A stretch of 64,000 nt of DNA, taken from assembly GCA_963770895.1 (NCBI GenBank), contig CAVYRF010000002.1:372354-436353 (forward strand), in the 5' to 3' direction. The DNA is from an uncultured Acidobacteriota bacterium. GTDB lineage: Bacteria > Acidobacteriota > Thermoanaerobaculia > Multivoradales > UBA5704. Position 1 is the first letter of the stretch, and every line of letters begins with the position of its first letter. The notes beneath the pieces were generated by a model. That model did not search any database. It worked only from the letters and a program-made list of their open reading frames with translations, and was not told the DNA's origin. Position numbers and translations under genes: made by a program. Of the stretch, positions 46,529-55,449 are shown one piece after another.

Positions 46529-47565
46529 CGTCCGTTCATCTCCTCGGCCGTCGCGTCGTCCTCACCTTCGCCTTCACGTTCGCCGCCCTCGCCGCTCTCG
46601 CCGCCGTCACCGCGTTCGCCGCCACCCCCGCCGGCCCCGCCCCCGGCACCGCCGACCCCACCGGCACCGGCACCGGCCACACCACCGATCGCCGACCCGC
46701 TGGCCAGCCCTGCCGCCGGCGCGCTGCCGGGCAGCACGACCGGCGGATGCCCGGTGCGCTCCGCGAGGTCGTAGCTGCACCCGGCGGTCAGCACGTCGAG
46801 CTTGACACCGAGCATCGCCAGCGGCCGCCCGCGGCTGACCGCGTAGCTGTCCGTGTAGCGCATGCCGCGCGCGTCGACCACCGTCACCGCCCCCACCCCC
46901 AGCACCTGCAGCACGCCCGAGCCGTCGAGCACCGCGGCGGTGTCTTCGTCGACGCCGACGCCCAGCAGCCCAGGATGGTAGGACAGCGCGGTCAGCAGCC
47001 GGCCGAGCCGGTCGCGCCGCCGGAAGTGCTGATCGATGACCAGCTCGGGAGCCAGCCCCAGGCCCGGCGCCAGGTGCACCAGGCGGCGGCGCGGCGTGGC
47101 GCCGCTGTCGCCGATGGCGATCATGTGCTGCGACAGGTAGGCGGCGCCGGCGCTGGTGCCGGCCACCACCATCCCGGCGGCATGGCGGGCGCGGATCGTC
47201 GCCTCGACCGGCGTGCCGCCCAAGGCAGACGACAGCCGCAACTGGCTGCCGCCGGTGATGAACAGCCCGGTCGCGTACTCCAGCAGCTCGACCGCCACGT
47301 CGCCCGCGCCCAGCGCCTCCTCGCGCGTCGAGATGTGCAGCACCTCGACGCTGTCGGCGTTCAGGCCATAGAAGAGGTCGGTGTAGCGCTCGCCCGTCGT
47401 CTGCACTTCGGAGGCGGTGGCGAGCACCACCACCGAGGCGTCCGCCCCGCCCGCCGCCTGCAGGAAATAGCGCAGGATGGTACGCTCGCGCACCTTGTCC
47501 TCGGCGCCACCGATCGCGATCAGAGTCCCCGCCTTCGCCGGGGCCTGCGCCGCCAGGTTGTCCAT
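46525..47565 (-). CDS. cphB: cyanophycinase CphB (peptidase S51), with a Gly/Glu-rich C-terminal tail
   Basis: LIAIGGAEDK...VVAGTSAGAAYLS carries the Ser nucleophile. The gene overlaps cphA in ATGA. The tracker ORF 46525..47934 is 5'-extended, and ATG 47565 is chosen. Confidence 0.8.
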   Translation of the reverse strand: MDNLAAQAPAKAGTLIAIGGAEDKVRERTILRYFLQAAGGADASVVVLATASEVQTTGERYTDLFYGLNADSVEVLHISTREEALGAGDVAVELLEYATGLFITGGSQLRLSSALGGTPVEATIRARHAAGMVVAGTSAGAAYLSQHMIAIGDSGATPRRRLVHLAPGLGLAPELVIDQHFRRRDRLGRLLTALSYHPGLLGVGVDEDTAAVLDGSGVLQVLGVGAVTVVDARGMRYTDSYAVSRGRPLAMLGVKLDVLTAGCSYDLAERTGHPPVVLPGSAPAAGLASGSAIGGVAGAGAGGVGGAGGGAGGGGGERGDGGESGEGGEREGEGEDDATAEEMNGR

Positions 47566-47728
47566 GGTGGATGTCCCGCCTAGTCTTCGACCTGGCGCCC
47601 TTGCGGGTCCGGCTGCGCAGTCCCTTTCGCCCACCGTCCGTCCGTGCCGTTTGCCATGAGCGCGGATGCTAGCACGCGGGCGACGCCGGTCCGGCCTGCG
47701 GCCGGCCAAGCCCAAGGAGGCTGACCGC

Positions 47729-49531
47729 ATGCTGCTCGCGGACTCTCGGCGTCTCACCGGCCGCAACCTCCTGCTGCGCGAGCCGGGAGCGGTCATCGAA
47801 GTCGTGGCGGAGCCCGCCGAAGCCCACGCCCTGGCGGCGGCAACGGCGGAGTGGCAGCGGCAGGCACGCCGCATGCTGGACGCGGTGGGCTGGCGCGGCC
47901 AGCAGATCCACGTGCGCCCGTTCCGCGGTGGCATCAGCCTGGCGCTGAGCGCGCCGATCGACGCCCTCTACACCGCGACCGAGCTCAACGAATGGGCCTG
48001 GGAGGCCGCCGTCCTCGCCACCGGCGGCGCCGCCGCCGCAACCGCCGCGGCGCACGGCGCGGCCCCTGACGCGCGCGGAGCCGGCCCCACCAGCGCCGCC
48101 GTGGCGTCGGATCGCGCCGCCTTCGCCGCCGCCGCCGACCGGCTGCGCGCCGCCATCGCCCGCGAAAGCGACCCGGCGCTGCTCGACCTGCGCGACGCCG
48201 CGGCGCGCCACGGCGTCGCGTTCCTGGCCGACGACGACCGCGCCACCGTCGGCCTGGGCGCCGGCTCGCGCACCTGGCCGCGCGACCAGCTGCCGCCGCC
48301 GGCCGCCGTCGAGTGGCGGGCGGTGCACGACATCCCGGTGGCCCTGGTCACCGGCACCAACGGCAAGACCACCACCACGCGCGCCACCGCCGCCATCCTG
48401 GCCGCGGCCGGCCACCGCGTCGGCGTCACCTCCACCGACGGGATCGCGGTCGGCGGCGACACCCTGGACGTCGGCGACTACTCCGGCCCCGGCGGCGCCC
48501 GCACCCTGCTGCGCGACACCCGCGTCCAAGCCGCGGTCCTGGAAACCGCGCGCGGCGGCCTGCTGCGCCGCGGCCTGGCCCTCGAGCGCGCCACCGCCGC
48601 CGCGGTCACCAACATCGCCGACGACCACCTGGGCGCCTACGGCATCGACGACCTGGCCGGCCTGGCAGAGGCCAAGCTCCTGGTCACCCAGGCCGTGGTC
48701 CCGGACGGCCGGGCGGTGCTCAACGCCGACGACCCCGAGCTGGCCGCGCGCGGCAGCCAGGGCCCGGCACCGGTCACCTGGTTCAGCCTCGACCCTCACC
48801 GCGCCGCGCAACGCGACCTCGCCGCGCACCGCGCCGCGGGCGGCGACGCGGTGTTCCTGGAAGGCGGCCAGCTCCTCCTGGCCCGCGGCGGCCAGCCCCC
48901 GCAGCTGGTGGCGCCGGCAACCGCCGTGCCCATCGCCTTCGGCGGCGCGGCGCGCCACAACGTCGCCAACGCCCTGGCCGCGATCGGCCTCGCCGCCGCC
49001 ATGGGCGCCCCCATCGCCGCCATGGCCCAAGGCCTGGCCTCCCTGCGCGGCGACGACGACACCGGCGGCGGCAATCCGGGACGCGGCCATCTGATCGAGA
49101 TCGACGGCTTTCACGCCCTCCTCGACTACGCCCACAACCCGCACGGCCTGGCCGCCCTGGTCGACTTTGCCGCCACCATCCCCGCCACCCGCCGCCTCAT
49201 CATCCTCGGTCAGGCCGGCGACCGCGACGACGAATCCCTCCGCCGCCTGGCCCAGACCGCCTGGACTCTGCACCCCGACCACGTCATCATCAAAGAGCTG
49301 ACCGCCATGCTCCGCGGCCGCCTTCCCGGCGAGGTTCCCGCCCTCCTCGAAACCGAGCTGCTGCGCCTGGGCGCCCGCCGCGAAACCCTCACCCACGCCG
49401 CCAACGAAGTCGAAGCCGTCCGCCAAGCCCTGGCCTGGGCCCGCCCCGGCGACCTCCTGCTCCTCCTCATCCACAAGCAGCGCGATGAAGCCCTCGCCAT
49501 CCTCAACGACCGCCGCCGCGGCTGGGCGTAG
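47729..49531 (+). CDS. CphA-like protein with an N domain and a Mur-ligase (M) domain but no ATP-grasp domain
   Basis: MLLADSRRLTGRNLLLREPGAVIEV and ...DRLRAAIARESDPALLDLRDAAARHGVAFLADDDRATV parallel the CphA N domain. The sequence then runs directly into VALVTGTNGKTTTTRATAA, ...DDHLGAYGIDDLAGLAEAK... and LLDYAHNPHG of the M domain. An RBS AAGGAGG lies 8 nt upstream. Confidence 0.65.
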   Translation: MLLADSRRLTGRNLLLREPGAVIEVVAEPAEAHALAAATAEWQRQARRMLDAVGWRGQQIHVRPFRGGISLALSAPIDALYTATELNEWAWEAAVLATGGAAAATAAAHGAAPDARGAGPTSAAVASDRAAFAAAADRLRAAIARESDPALLDLRDAAARHGVAFLADDDRATVGLGAGSRTWPRDQLPPPAAVEWRAVHDIPVALVTGTNGKTTTTRATAAILAAAGHRVGVTSTDGIAVGGDTLDVGDYSGPGGARTLLRDTRVQAAVLETARGGLLRRGLALERATAAAVTNIADDHLGAYGIDDLAGLAEAKLLVTQAVVPDGRAVLNADDPELAARGSQGPAPVTWFSLDPHRAAQRDLAAHRAAGGDAVFLEGGQLLLARGGQPPQLVAPATAVPIAFGGAARHNVANALAAIGLAAAMGAPIAAMAQGLASLRGDDDTGGGNPGRGHLIEIDGFHALLDYAHNPHGLAALVDFAATIPATRRLIILGQAGDRDDESLRRLAQTAWTLHPDHVIIKELTAMLRGRLPGEVPALLETELLRLGARRETLTHAANEVEAVRQALAWARPGDLLLLLIHKQRDEALAILNDRRRGWA

Positions 49532-49819
49532 GAATCCCGCCGGCCGCTCGCGCCTACGTCTCAGGACGTTGCCCCATCTCCGGCGCGGAGTGCATCCGCG
49601 CTTGGCTCCACTCCCCAACGCCAGCGCGAATCGGCGACGATTGCACACGCTGATTCGTACATCAGGCAAGAAACATCGTAGAATCGCGGATACCCGCGGC
49701 ACCTATCTGCGCTTTCGGGGGAAGGCAATGCCGGAAGTCACTTCTGGTCGGCCGAATTCCAGGCGCTTCCTGCTGCAGGTGGCGCGATTCAACTCGGCAA
49801 AAAGGAGTTGGCTGAAACC

Positions 49820-50620
49820 ATGAGACAAAGCGCTGTCGTCCTCATCACCGGCCTCTATCTCGTCGGCGCCGGCTCGGCTCGCCTCGGCGCCGCCGATCCT
49901 GGAATCACCAGCGCAAGCAAGGACGCCATCCTCAAGACCCTGGCGGCGGATCCGGACGTGGTATGGATCGACGCCGCGAAGACACAGCCGATGTTCATTC
50001 CTGAGCGTCTGCTCAACACCACGGTGCCATTGGATCAGTTGCCCATTGGGTCCTCAGAGTTGCGAGACATCCACGTCATGCTCAATCCTCCGGCAAAAGC
50101 CGGCGGCTCCGGCGCTCCGATCTGCCGCTGGATGTCAATGCTGGGAATCGGCCCTCTCAAGTACAGCGATACCCTCTCGATCGACGGCCACTTCGAAAAG
50201 AATGGCTTGCAGGTGATTGGCCGGGTGACGAATGTTGAAACCGGCTTGTTCTTCTGGCCGCAGAACGTCGCCTCGATGGTGCAAGTACAGGTCGAGGAGG
50301 TGGTGCGCGACGATTGGAAGCTCGCGCAAACTAGAACTGAGATGCGCTTTTACATTCTTGGCGGCTCGCTGAACATCGATGGATCGGTGATGTGCACCAG
50401 GAGCGCAGATCCGCCCTTCCATGCTATAGTGGGGCAGCGCCTATATATCTTTGGGTTACCTTTTCCGTCAGACCCCCGCCTGATCGACGGAGCCGTCCCT
50501 TTCGTTGTGTCAGGCGATCAGTTGCTTGATGTCGGCTACGACCAGGTACCCGCATTCAAGCCAATCACCCTGGAAGAAGCGCGGCAGCGCGCCCACAAGG
50601 CGGCTGCCAATGTTCACTAG
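49820..50620 (+). CDS. secreted hypothetical protein (~266 aa) in a lower-GC stretch
   Basis: An RBS AAGGAG lies upstream of ATG 49820. The signal-like N-terminus is MRQSAVVLITGLYLVGAGSARLGAA. No recognisable motif is present. Confidence 0.5.
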   Translation: MRQSAVVLITGLYLVGAGSARLGAADPGITSASKDAILKTLAADPDVVWIDAAKTQPMFIPERLLNTTVPLDQLPIGSSELRDIHVMLNPPAKAGGSGAPICRWMSMLGIGPLKYSDTLSIDGHFEKNGLQVIGRVTNVETGLFFWPQNVASMVQVQVEEVVRDDWKLAQTRTEMRFYILGGSLNIDGSVMCTRSADPPFHAIVGQRLYIFGLPFPSDPRLIDGAVPFVVSGDQLLDVGYDQVPAFKPITLEEARQRAHKAAANVH

Positions 50621-52892
50621 GAGGCTCCTTTCGCTAGCGGCCCTGTGGGTGTTTGCAGGTACACCCGCAGTTGGACAGACCTGCTCCGCTGGTCGAAATC
50701 CGGACACAGAATTCCCCTTCTTCGGCAATACGGACCCCAATCTCGGACTGCCGACGTCTAGCGTTACGATCTTTCCAAATGCTGCGGCAGCGTCGAGCTC
50801 TGCCCTCCAGAGCACGACGACCAGCGCCGCTGCGGCCTGGAACCAGAGCTGCCCCCAGTCTTCCTATCCAAATATCCCTGCGTTCAACACCAATTGGGGA
50901 GCTCAGGCTCCGCCTTCTTCGTTCGCCGCGAGCCACAACGACCTTGAAATCGACTACCTTTCGACCACGCCGGCGGCTGCCAATGCGAACGGCACGTACA
51001 CGACGGCGCTGTGGACGGGGGGCGGCTCGTCAAGCACCACTACGCCTTCAGTGATTCAGGTTTACGGTCTATGCCCACCAAAGTTGAGCATCCCGGGCCT
51101 GTGCACCAACGGCGGCCCCATCTCCTGGACCGGCCCCACCGCACTTGCCGTCCTTGAGCACGAGATCGGCCACGCGTTGGGGCTCGACCACGACCGGACG
51201 ACCGACGGGTCGGGCAACACCTGCCCGACCAACGGCGTGATGGAGTCGTCACCCAGCGCCGGCGCCCTGATCCTGGCCTCGTACTGCATGCTGGCGAACC
51301 GCGAGAACAACGACAAGGATGTGTGCAACGACCGCAAGCCGACCTCCAACCAGACGAACCCGTGCGAGAGCGATCCACCGCCGAGCAGCCAAGGAGGCGG
51401 GCCGGGCAACCTGGGCCTGGGCTCGAACAAGGACTGGTGCGTCGCCTACGCCTGGGACTGCACCATGAATTCGAGCCCGGATTGGACGCAGACCTGCGCC
51501 TACTACTGCACCACCACGACCGACTCCACCGGCGAGATCATCTCGTCCGGATGCACCTGGAACTGCGACAGTGATGAGGAAGAAGAGGCGAATACCGATC
51601 TGGCGGGGCCCACGCTTTCGGTCACCTCGCCCTCGTCCGACCAGACCGTCTCGGGCATCATCAACCTGACCGGTTGGGCCATGCAGTATTTCGCTCCCGC
51701 GACGATCACCCTGGGCGTGGACGGCAACCAGGTGAGCATCGGCAACCTGGTGCGCGGGCTCCCCTCACCCGCGGCGTGCACGGCGCCGGCCGGCGTGGAA
51801 CACTACCTTTGCAACACGAACAGCGGTTTCACCGGTACCTTCGATACCCGCACGCTGAGCAACGGCAGCCACACCCTGGACGTGCTGGCGGGCACGTCGA
51901 TCGGCTGGTCCACCAGCATGGAGATCTCGCTGGTAACCGCCAACACCTGCTTCGACATGGTACCGCCGACGATTTCCTTATCGGCGCCGGCGGCGGGAGC
52001 GAGCGTCACCGGAACAGTATCGGTCACCGCGGCGGCGGCGGACAACGTGGCGGTGGGACAGGTGGCGTTCTACGTCGACGGCCAGATCGCCAAGGTGGTG
52101 ACGGCCGCACCGTGGGTGTGGTCCTGGGATACCAGCGCGTATTCGCCGGGCACTCACATCCTGTATGCGGTGGCGACGGACACCTGCAACAACTCGACCG
52201 GCGCCAGGACGGTGGCAGTGAACGTGGTGCCGACGATCCGCATGTACGTCGATCAGCCCACTTCCGGTTCGACGGTGACGGGCAACGCAGTCTACATGTT
52301 GGGTTGGGCGACGGATACCGCCGGCATCGCGTCGATCACCTTCACCGTGGACGGCATGGGCAGCCTGCCTGTCACCACTCCCTACACCTATGGCCTGAAC
52401 CGCCCGGACGTCTGCGCCGCCTATCCGGGCAACCCTGCCTGTCCGTACGTCGGCTGGGGCGTCGTCTTCGACTCGACACAGATGGCCAACGGCGCCCACA
52501 CCCTCCGGGCCACCGCCACCGACCATGACGGGCAGACGATCACCTTTACCCTTCCCATCGTGGTCTCGAACGCAATGCCGCCGGTGGTATCGATGGTGTG
52601 GATGGCGCCGGCGGCCGCTGCCGGCTTCGGTCCGGCCGGCAGCCTGGTTGTCGCCGGCGACGCTTCGGGAGCGCCCGCGGGCACCGGCGTCCAAGTCTAC
52701 TGGCGGGATGTCACCGCGGGCGGCCCCTGGACGCTGCTCAGCTACACGGCGCCAGTTACCAACGGCTCGTGGGCCAATTCGATCGCCAACGCCAACGACT
52801 CGCACGAGTACGCGGCCTACGCAACCTACGGCGGCAGCACCTCCTCCACCTGCACCTATCCGGGATCCAACGCCACGTTCTGGTGCCCCTAG
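50610..52892 (+). CDS. secreted zinc metalloprotease (metzincin, HEIGHALGLDHD) followed by repeated Ig-like/BIG domains
   Basis: The signal peptide is MFTRRLLSLAALWVFAGTPAVGQ. The zinc-binding motif is LEHEIGHALGLDHD. Blocks VTGTVSVTAAAADNVAVGQVAFYVDGQ / TVTGNAVYMLGWATDTAGIASITFTVDG repeat through the C-terminal half, which is Thr/Ser/Cys-rich. Confidence 0.65.
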   Translation: MFTRRLLSLAALWVFAGTPAVGQTCSAGRNPDTEFPFFGNTDPNLGLPTSSVTIFPNAAAASSSALQSTTTSAAAAWNQSCPQSSYPNIPAFNTNWGAQAPPSSFAASHNDLEIDYLSTTPAAANANGTYTTALWTGGGSSSTTTPSVIQVYGLCPPKLSIPGLCTNGGPISWTGPTALAVLEHEIGHALGLDHDRTTDGSGNTCPTNGVMESSPSAGALILASYCMLANRENNDKDVCNDRKPTSNQTNPCESDPPPSSQGGGPGNLGLGSNKDWCVAYAWDCTMNSSPDWTQTCAYYCTTTTDSTGEIISSGCTWNCDSDEEEEANTDLAGPTLSVTSPSSDQTVSGIINLTGWAMQYFAPATITLGVDGNQVSIGNLVRGLPSPAACTAPAGVEHYLCNTNSGFTGTFDTRTLSNGSHTLDVLAGTSIGWSTSMEISLVTANTCFDMVPPTISLSAPAAGASVTGTVSVTAAAADNVAVGQVAFYVDGQIAKVVTAAPWVWSWDTSAYSPGTHILYAVATDTCNNSTGARTVAVNVVPTIRMYVDQPTSGSTVTGNAVYMLGWATDTAGIASITFTVDGMGSLPVTTPYTYGLNRPDVCAAYPGNPACPYVGWGVVFDSTQMANGAHTLRATATDHDGQTITFTLPIVVSNAMPPVVSMVWMAPAAAAGFGPAGSLVVAGDASGAPAGTGVQVYWRDVTAGGPWTLLSYTAPVTNGSWANSIANANDSHEYAAYATYGGSTSSTCTYPGSNATFWCP

Positions 52893-52917
52893 ACAGACTA
52901 GATATCCCCGGTCCCCC

Positions 52918-55449
52918 ATGGGAGAATCCCCGGCTCGGCCGGGGTTCTCCCGGCAACGGGAGCCCGCCTTGCCGGGTTGGAAGCTCATCCTGTACTGCCT
53001 GACGGCGCTCGGTTGCATGCAGAGCGCCGTTTGGCTGTTGGCGAGGGGGCTCCGCCTCAGGCTGGAGCGGCGCGCCGTGCTGCTCGGTCTGGCGCTGCCG
53101 CTGGCGATGCTGGCACCGTGGCTTCCCGGCGGCGAAGTCCTGGCGCCGACCGGCGTGCTCGACGGCGCCCTGCCGGGATTGCAGGCCGACGCCGCGCATC
53201 GCACCCACCTGGTGCTGAGCGACGCGATCCTGCAATTCGTGCCGTGGGAGCTCGAAGTTCGCCGCGCCTTCGGCAGCTTTCGCCTGCCGCTCTGGTCCGA
53301 CCGCCTCGACGGCGGCAGCTCGCCGTGGCTCAATCCGCAGGCCGCGGTGCTCTCGCCGATCGCGCTGCTGGCGCGGCCGGCGCCGATCGCCGGCTTCTTC
53401 CTCATCTGCCTGGCGCTCAAGATCCTTCTCAGCTGCGAGGGGACGTGGCTCCTGGCGCGGCGCCTGGGCAGGACGCGTTGGGCGAGCCTCCTGGCGGCGG
53501 CCAGCTTCGCCTTGGGCGGCGGGGTGATGTCCTGGGCGCTCTTCCCGCACAGCGCAACCGTGGCCTGGGTGCCCTGGCTCGCACTGGCGGCCATCGCTCT
53601 CACCCGCCACCCGTCGCGGCGCTCGATTGCCACCGGCGGCCTCATCGTGGCGGCGCTGCTGCTCTCCGGCCATCCCGAGACGGCGGCCGCGGGCGGCCTC
53701 TTCGCCGCGGTATGCGGCGTGGGGTTGCGGCGGCGCCGAACCGGTTGGACACGCAGCCTGTCCGCCGCCTCCGCCGCCGCGCTCCTCGGCCTGGGATTGG
53801 CGGCACCCCAAATCGTGCCCTTCGTCGAGGCACTGGCGGATTCGCAGCGGGCGCGCGACATGGCGGGAGCGCTCATACCGCCGCACGGCTTCCACCTGCT
53901 GCAACCCGCGAGCTGGTTCCTGCACGCGTGGTTTCCCTACTTGCGCGCGCCGATCAATCCACGCGCCTTTGGCCTGCCTTACGACGAGGCAACTTTTCGC
54001 GGGCCGCTCAACTGGGTGGATTCGTCGAGCGGCTACACCGGCCTGGTCGCCTTCGCCGGCGCCGCGGTCGCCCTGCTGGCGATTCGCGACCGCCGGGTGC
54101 GCCCGTTCCTCGGCTTCGCCGCGGTGGCGCTCCTCCTCACGGCGGGTTTTCTGCCGCTGGCGCACCTCCTCTTCCGCATCCCGCTCCTGCGCATCCCGGC
54201 CTGGTCACGGCTGGTGCCGGTGACCTGCCTCGCCCTCTCGGTCGCCGGCGCCTTCGGCTGCGATCTGCTGCTGCGCCCCGGCCGGCGCCGCCTGGGCGTG
54301 GCGCTGGCGCTTGGCGCCGCCGCCGCAATCAGCTTGAGCGCCGGCCCCGTGCCGCAGGTGTTCCTGCTTTGGGGCCTGGTGGCAGCGAGCGCGGCCATCG
54401 CCGCCAGCGCCAGCGCCGAAGCTCTCACCGCCAGCCCCAGCGCCAAAGCCGCCCTCGGACGCGCCGGCCGCGGCGGTGGCAGCCTGACCAATGCCACCGC
54501 GCGGCGGCGCTGGGGGGCGCTGCTCCTGCTGGCCGCGGTGGGGCTGGACCTGGTTCCCTGGTCCCGGCGTCTGTTGCCGCGCGGACAGCCGGACCTTTTC
54601 TTTCCGCCGAACCTGCTGACCGCGCGGCTGCAGCACCTTGCGCCGGCTGCAACGTGGCGCACCGTGGGCGCGGATCTCCTGGTCTATCCATCGCTCCTGC
54701 CGGCCTACGGACTCGCCGACATACGGCCCAACAACGTCATGGCGCCGGCGCCGCAGCTGCGCGTGCTCGCCGCCGCTTTCGGCTTCGACCCGACCGCGAC
54801 CAACTATTACGCGGCGTTCCCCCGTTTCGACCATCCCCTGCTGTCTTTCCTCAACGTGCGGTGCGTCGTGACCCGGCAGCAGCCGCAGGACCCGCGCGCC
54901 GCCCGCCTGGTGACGATTCCCGCGCCGAGGCTGCGGCCGTTCACGCTCCTGCTCAATCCGCGCGCGCTGCCGCGGTGGTTCCTGCCCACGGACGTGGACC
55001 TGGTCGAGCCCGCGGCCCTCGACGCCTGGATTGCCCGCATGTCGGATCCCGCCCGCGTCGCGGTGTTCCCGGCGGAGGCCCGCGGGCTACGCCTGGCGCC
55101 GCGCACCGGACCGCCAGCAGCGGCCCGGTTGCTTCGCTGCGGCTCGGGCCATCTGGAGCTCGAGGTGCCGGGCCAGGGCGAGCGCCTGCTGGCCACGTCG
55201 CTGCCGCTGCCGGCAGGGTGGTCCGCCACGGCGACCGACGGCCGGCGGTTGCGGCCGCTCACCATCGACGGCGCATTTCTCGGCATCGTCGTCCCCGCCG
55301 GCAGCTCGCGCCTCACCCTCGACTTTGCGCCGCCCGGTTTTGGCGTGGGACTCGCCGGATTTGCCGCCGCCGTGGCCGCGCTCCTGGCCATGGCCGCCGC
55401 GCCACGACCTCACCTTGACGCGCCGCGCCCTCTTACAGTGGATACCTGA
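52918..55449 (+). CDS. YfhO-like polytopic membrane protein (glycosyltransferase-C-like family)
   Basis: The protein has more than 12 hydrophobic segments and a large C-terminal soluble domain. It is ~840 aa. The start is ATG 52918 (alternatively TTG ~52969). Confidence 0.45.
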   Translation: MGESPARPGFSRQREPALPGWKLILYCLTALGCMQSAVWLLARGLRLRLERRAVLLGLALPLAMLAPWLPGGEVLAPTGVLDGALPGLQADAAHRTHLVLSDAILQFVPWELEVRRAFGSFRLPLWSDRLDGGSSPWLNPQAAVLSPIALLARPAPIAGFFLICLALKILLSCEGTWLLARRLGRTRWASLLAAASFALGGGVMSWALFPHSATVAWVPWLALAAIALTRHPSRRSIATGGLIVAALLLSGHPETAAAGGLFAAVCGVGLRRRRTGWTRSLSAASAAALLGLGLAAPQIVPFVEALADSQRARDMAGALIPPHGFHLLQPASWFLHAWFPYLRAPINPRAFGLPYDEATFRGPLNWVDSSSGYTGLVAFAGAAVALLAIRDRRVRPFLGFAAVALLLTAGFLPLAHLLFRIPLLRIPAWSRLVPVTCLALSVAGAFGCDLLLRPGRRRLGVALALGAAAAISLSAGPVPQVFLLWGLVAASAAIAASASAEALTASPSAKAALGRAGRGGGSLTNATARRRWGALLLLAAVGLDLVPWSRRLLPRGQPDLFFPPNLLTARLQHLAPAATWRTVGADLLVYPSLLPAYGLADIRPNNVMAPAPQLRVLAAAFGFDPTATNYYAAFPRFDHPLLSFLNVRCVVTRQQPQDPRAARLVTIPAPRLRPFTLLLNPRALPRWFLPTDVDLVEPAALDAWIARMSDPARVAVFPAEARGLRLAPRTGPPAAARLLRCGSGHLELEVPGQGERLLATSLPLPAGWSATATDGRRLRPLTIDGAFLGIVVPAGSSRLTLDFAPPGFGVGLAGFAAAVAALLAMAAAPRPHLDAPRPLTVDT

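Noticed and set aside
44021-46774. 917-aa plus-strand ORF and the 47669..49702 minus ORF
   Set aside because: Antisense to cphA and cphB, and to the CphA-like N+M gene, which carry unmistakable Mur-ligase and S51 motifs.
51978-53876. 632-aa minus ORF and the 52977..55418 plus ORF (Arg-rich)
   Set aside because: Alternative-frame or antisense reads of the metalloprotease and YfhO-like genes, with no motifs.
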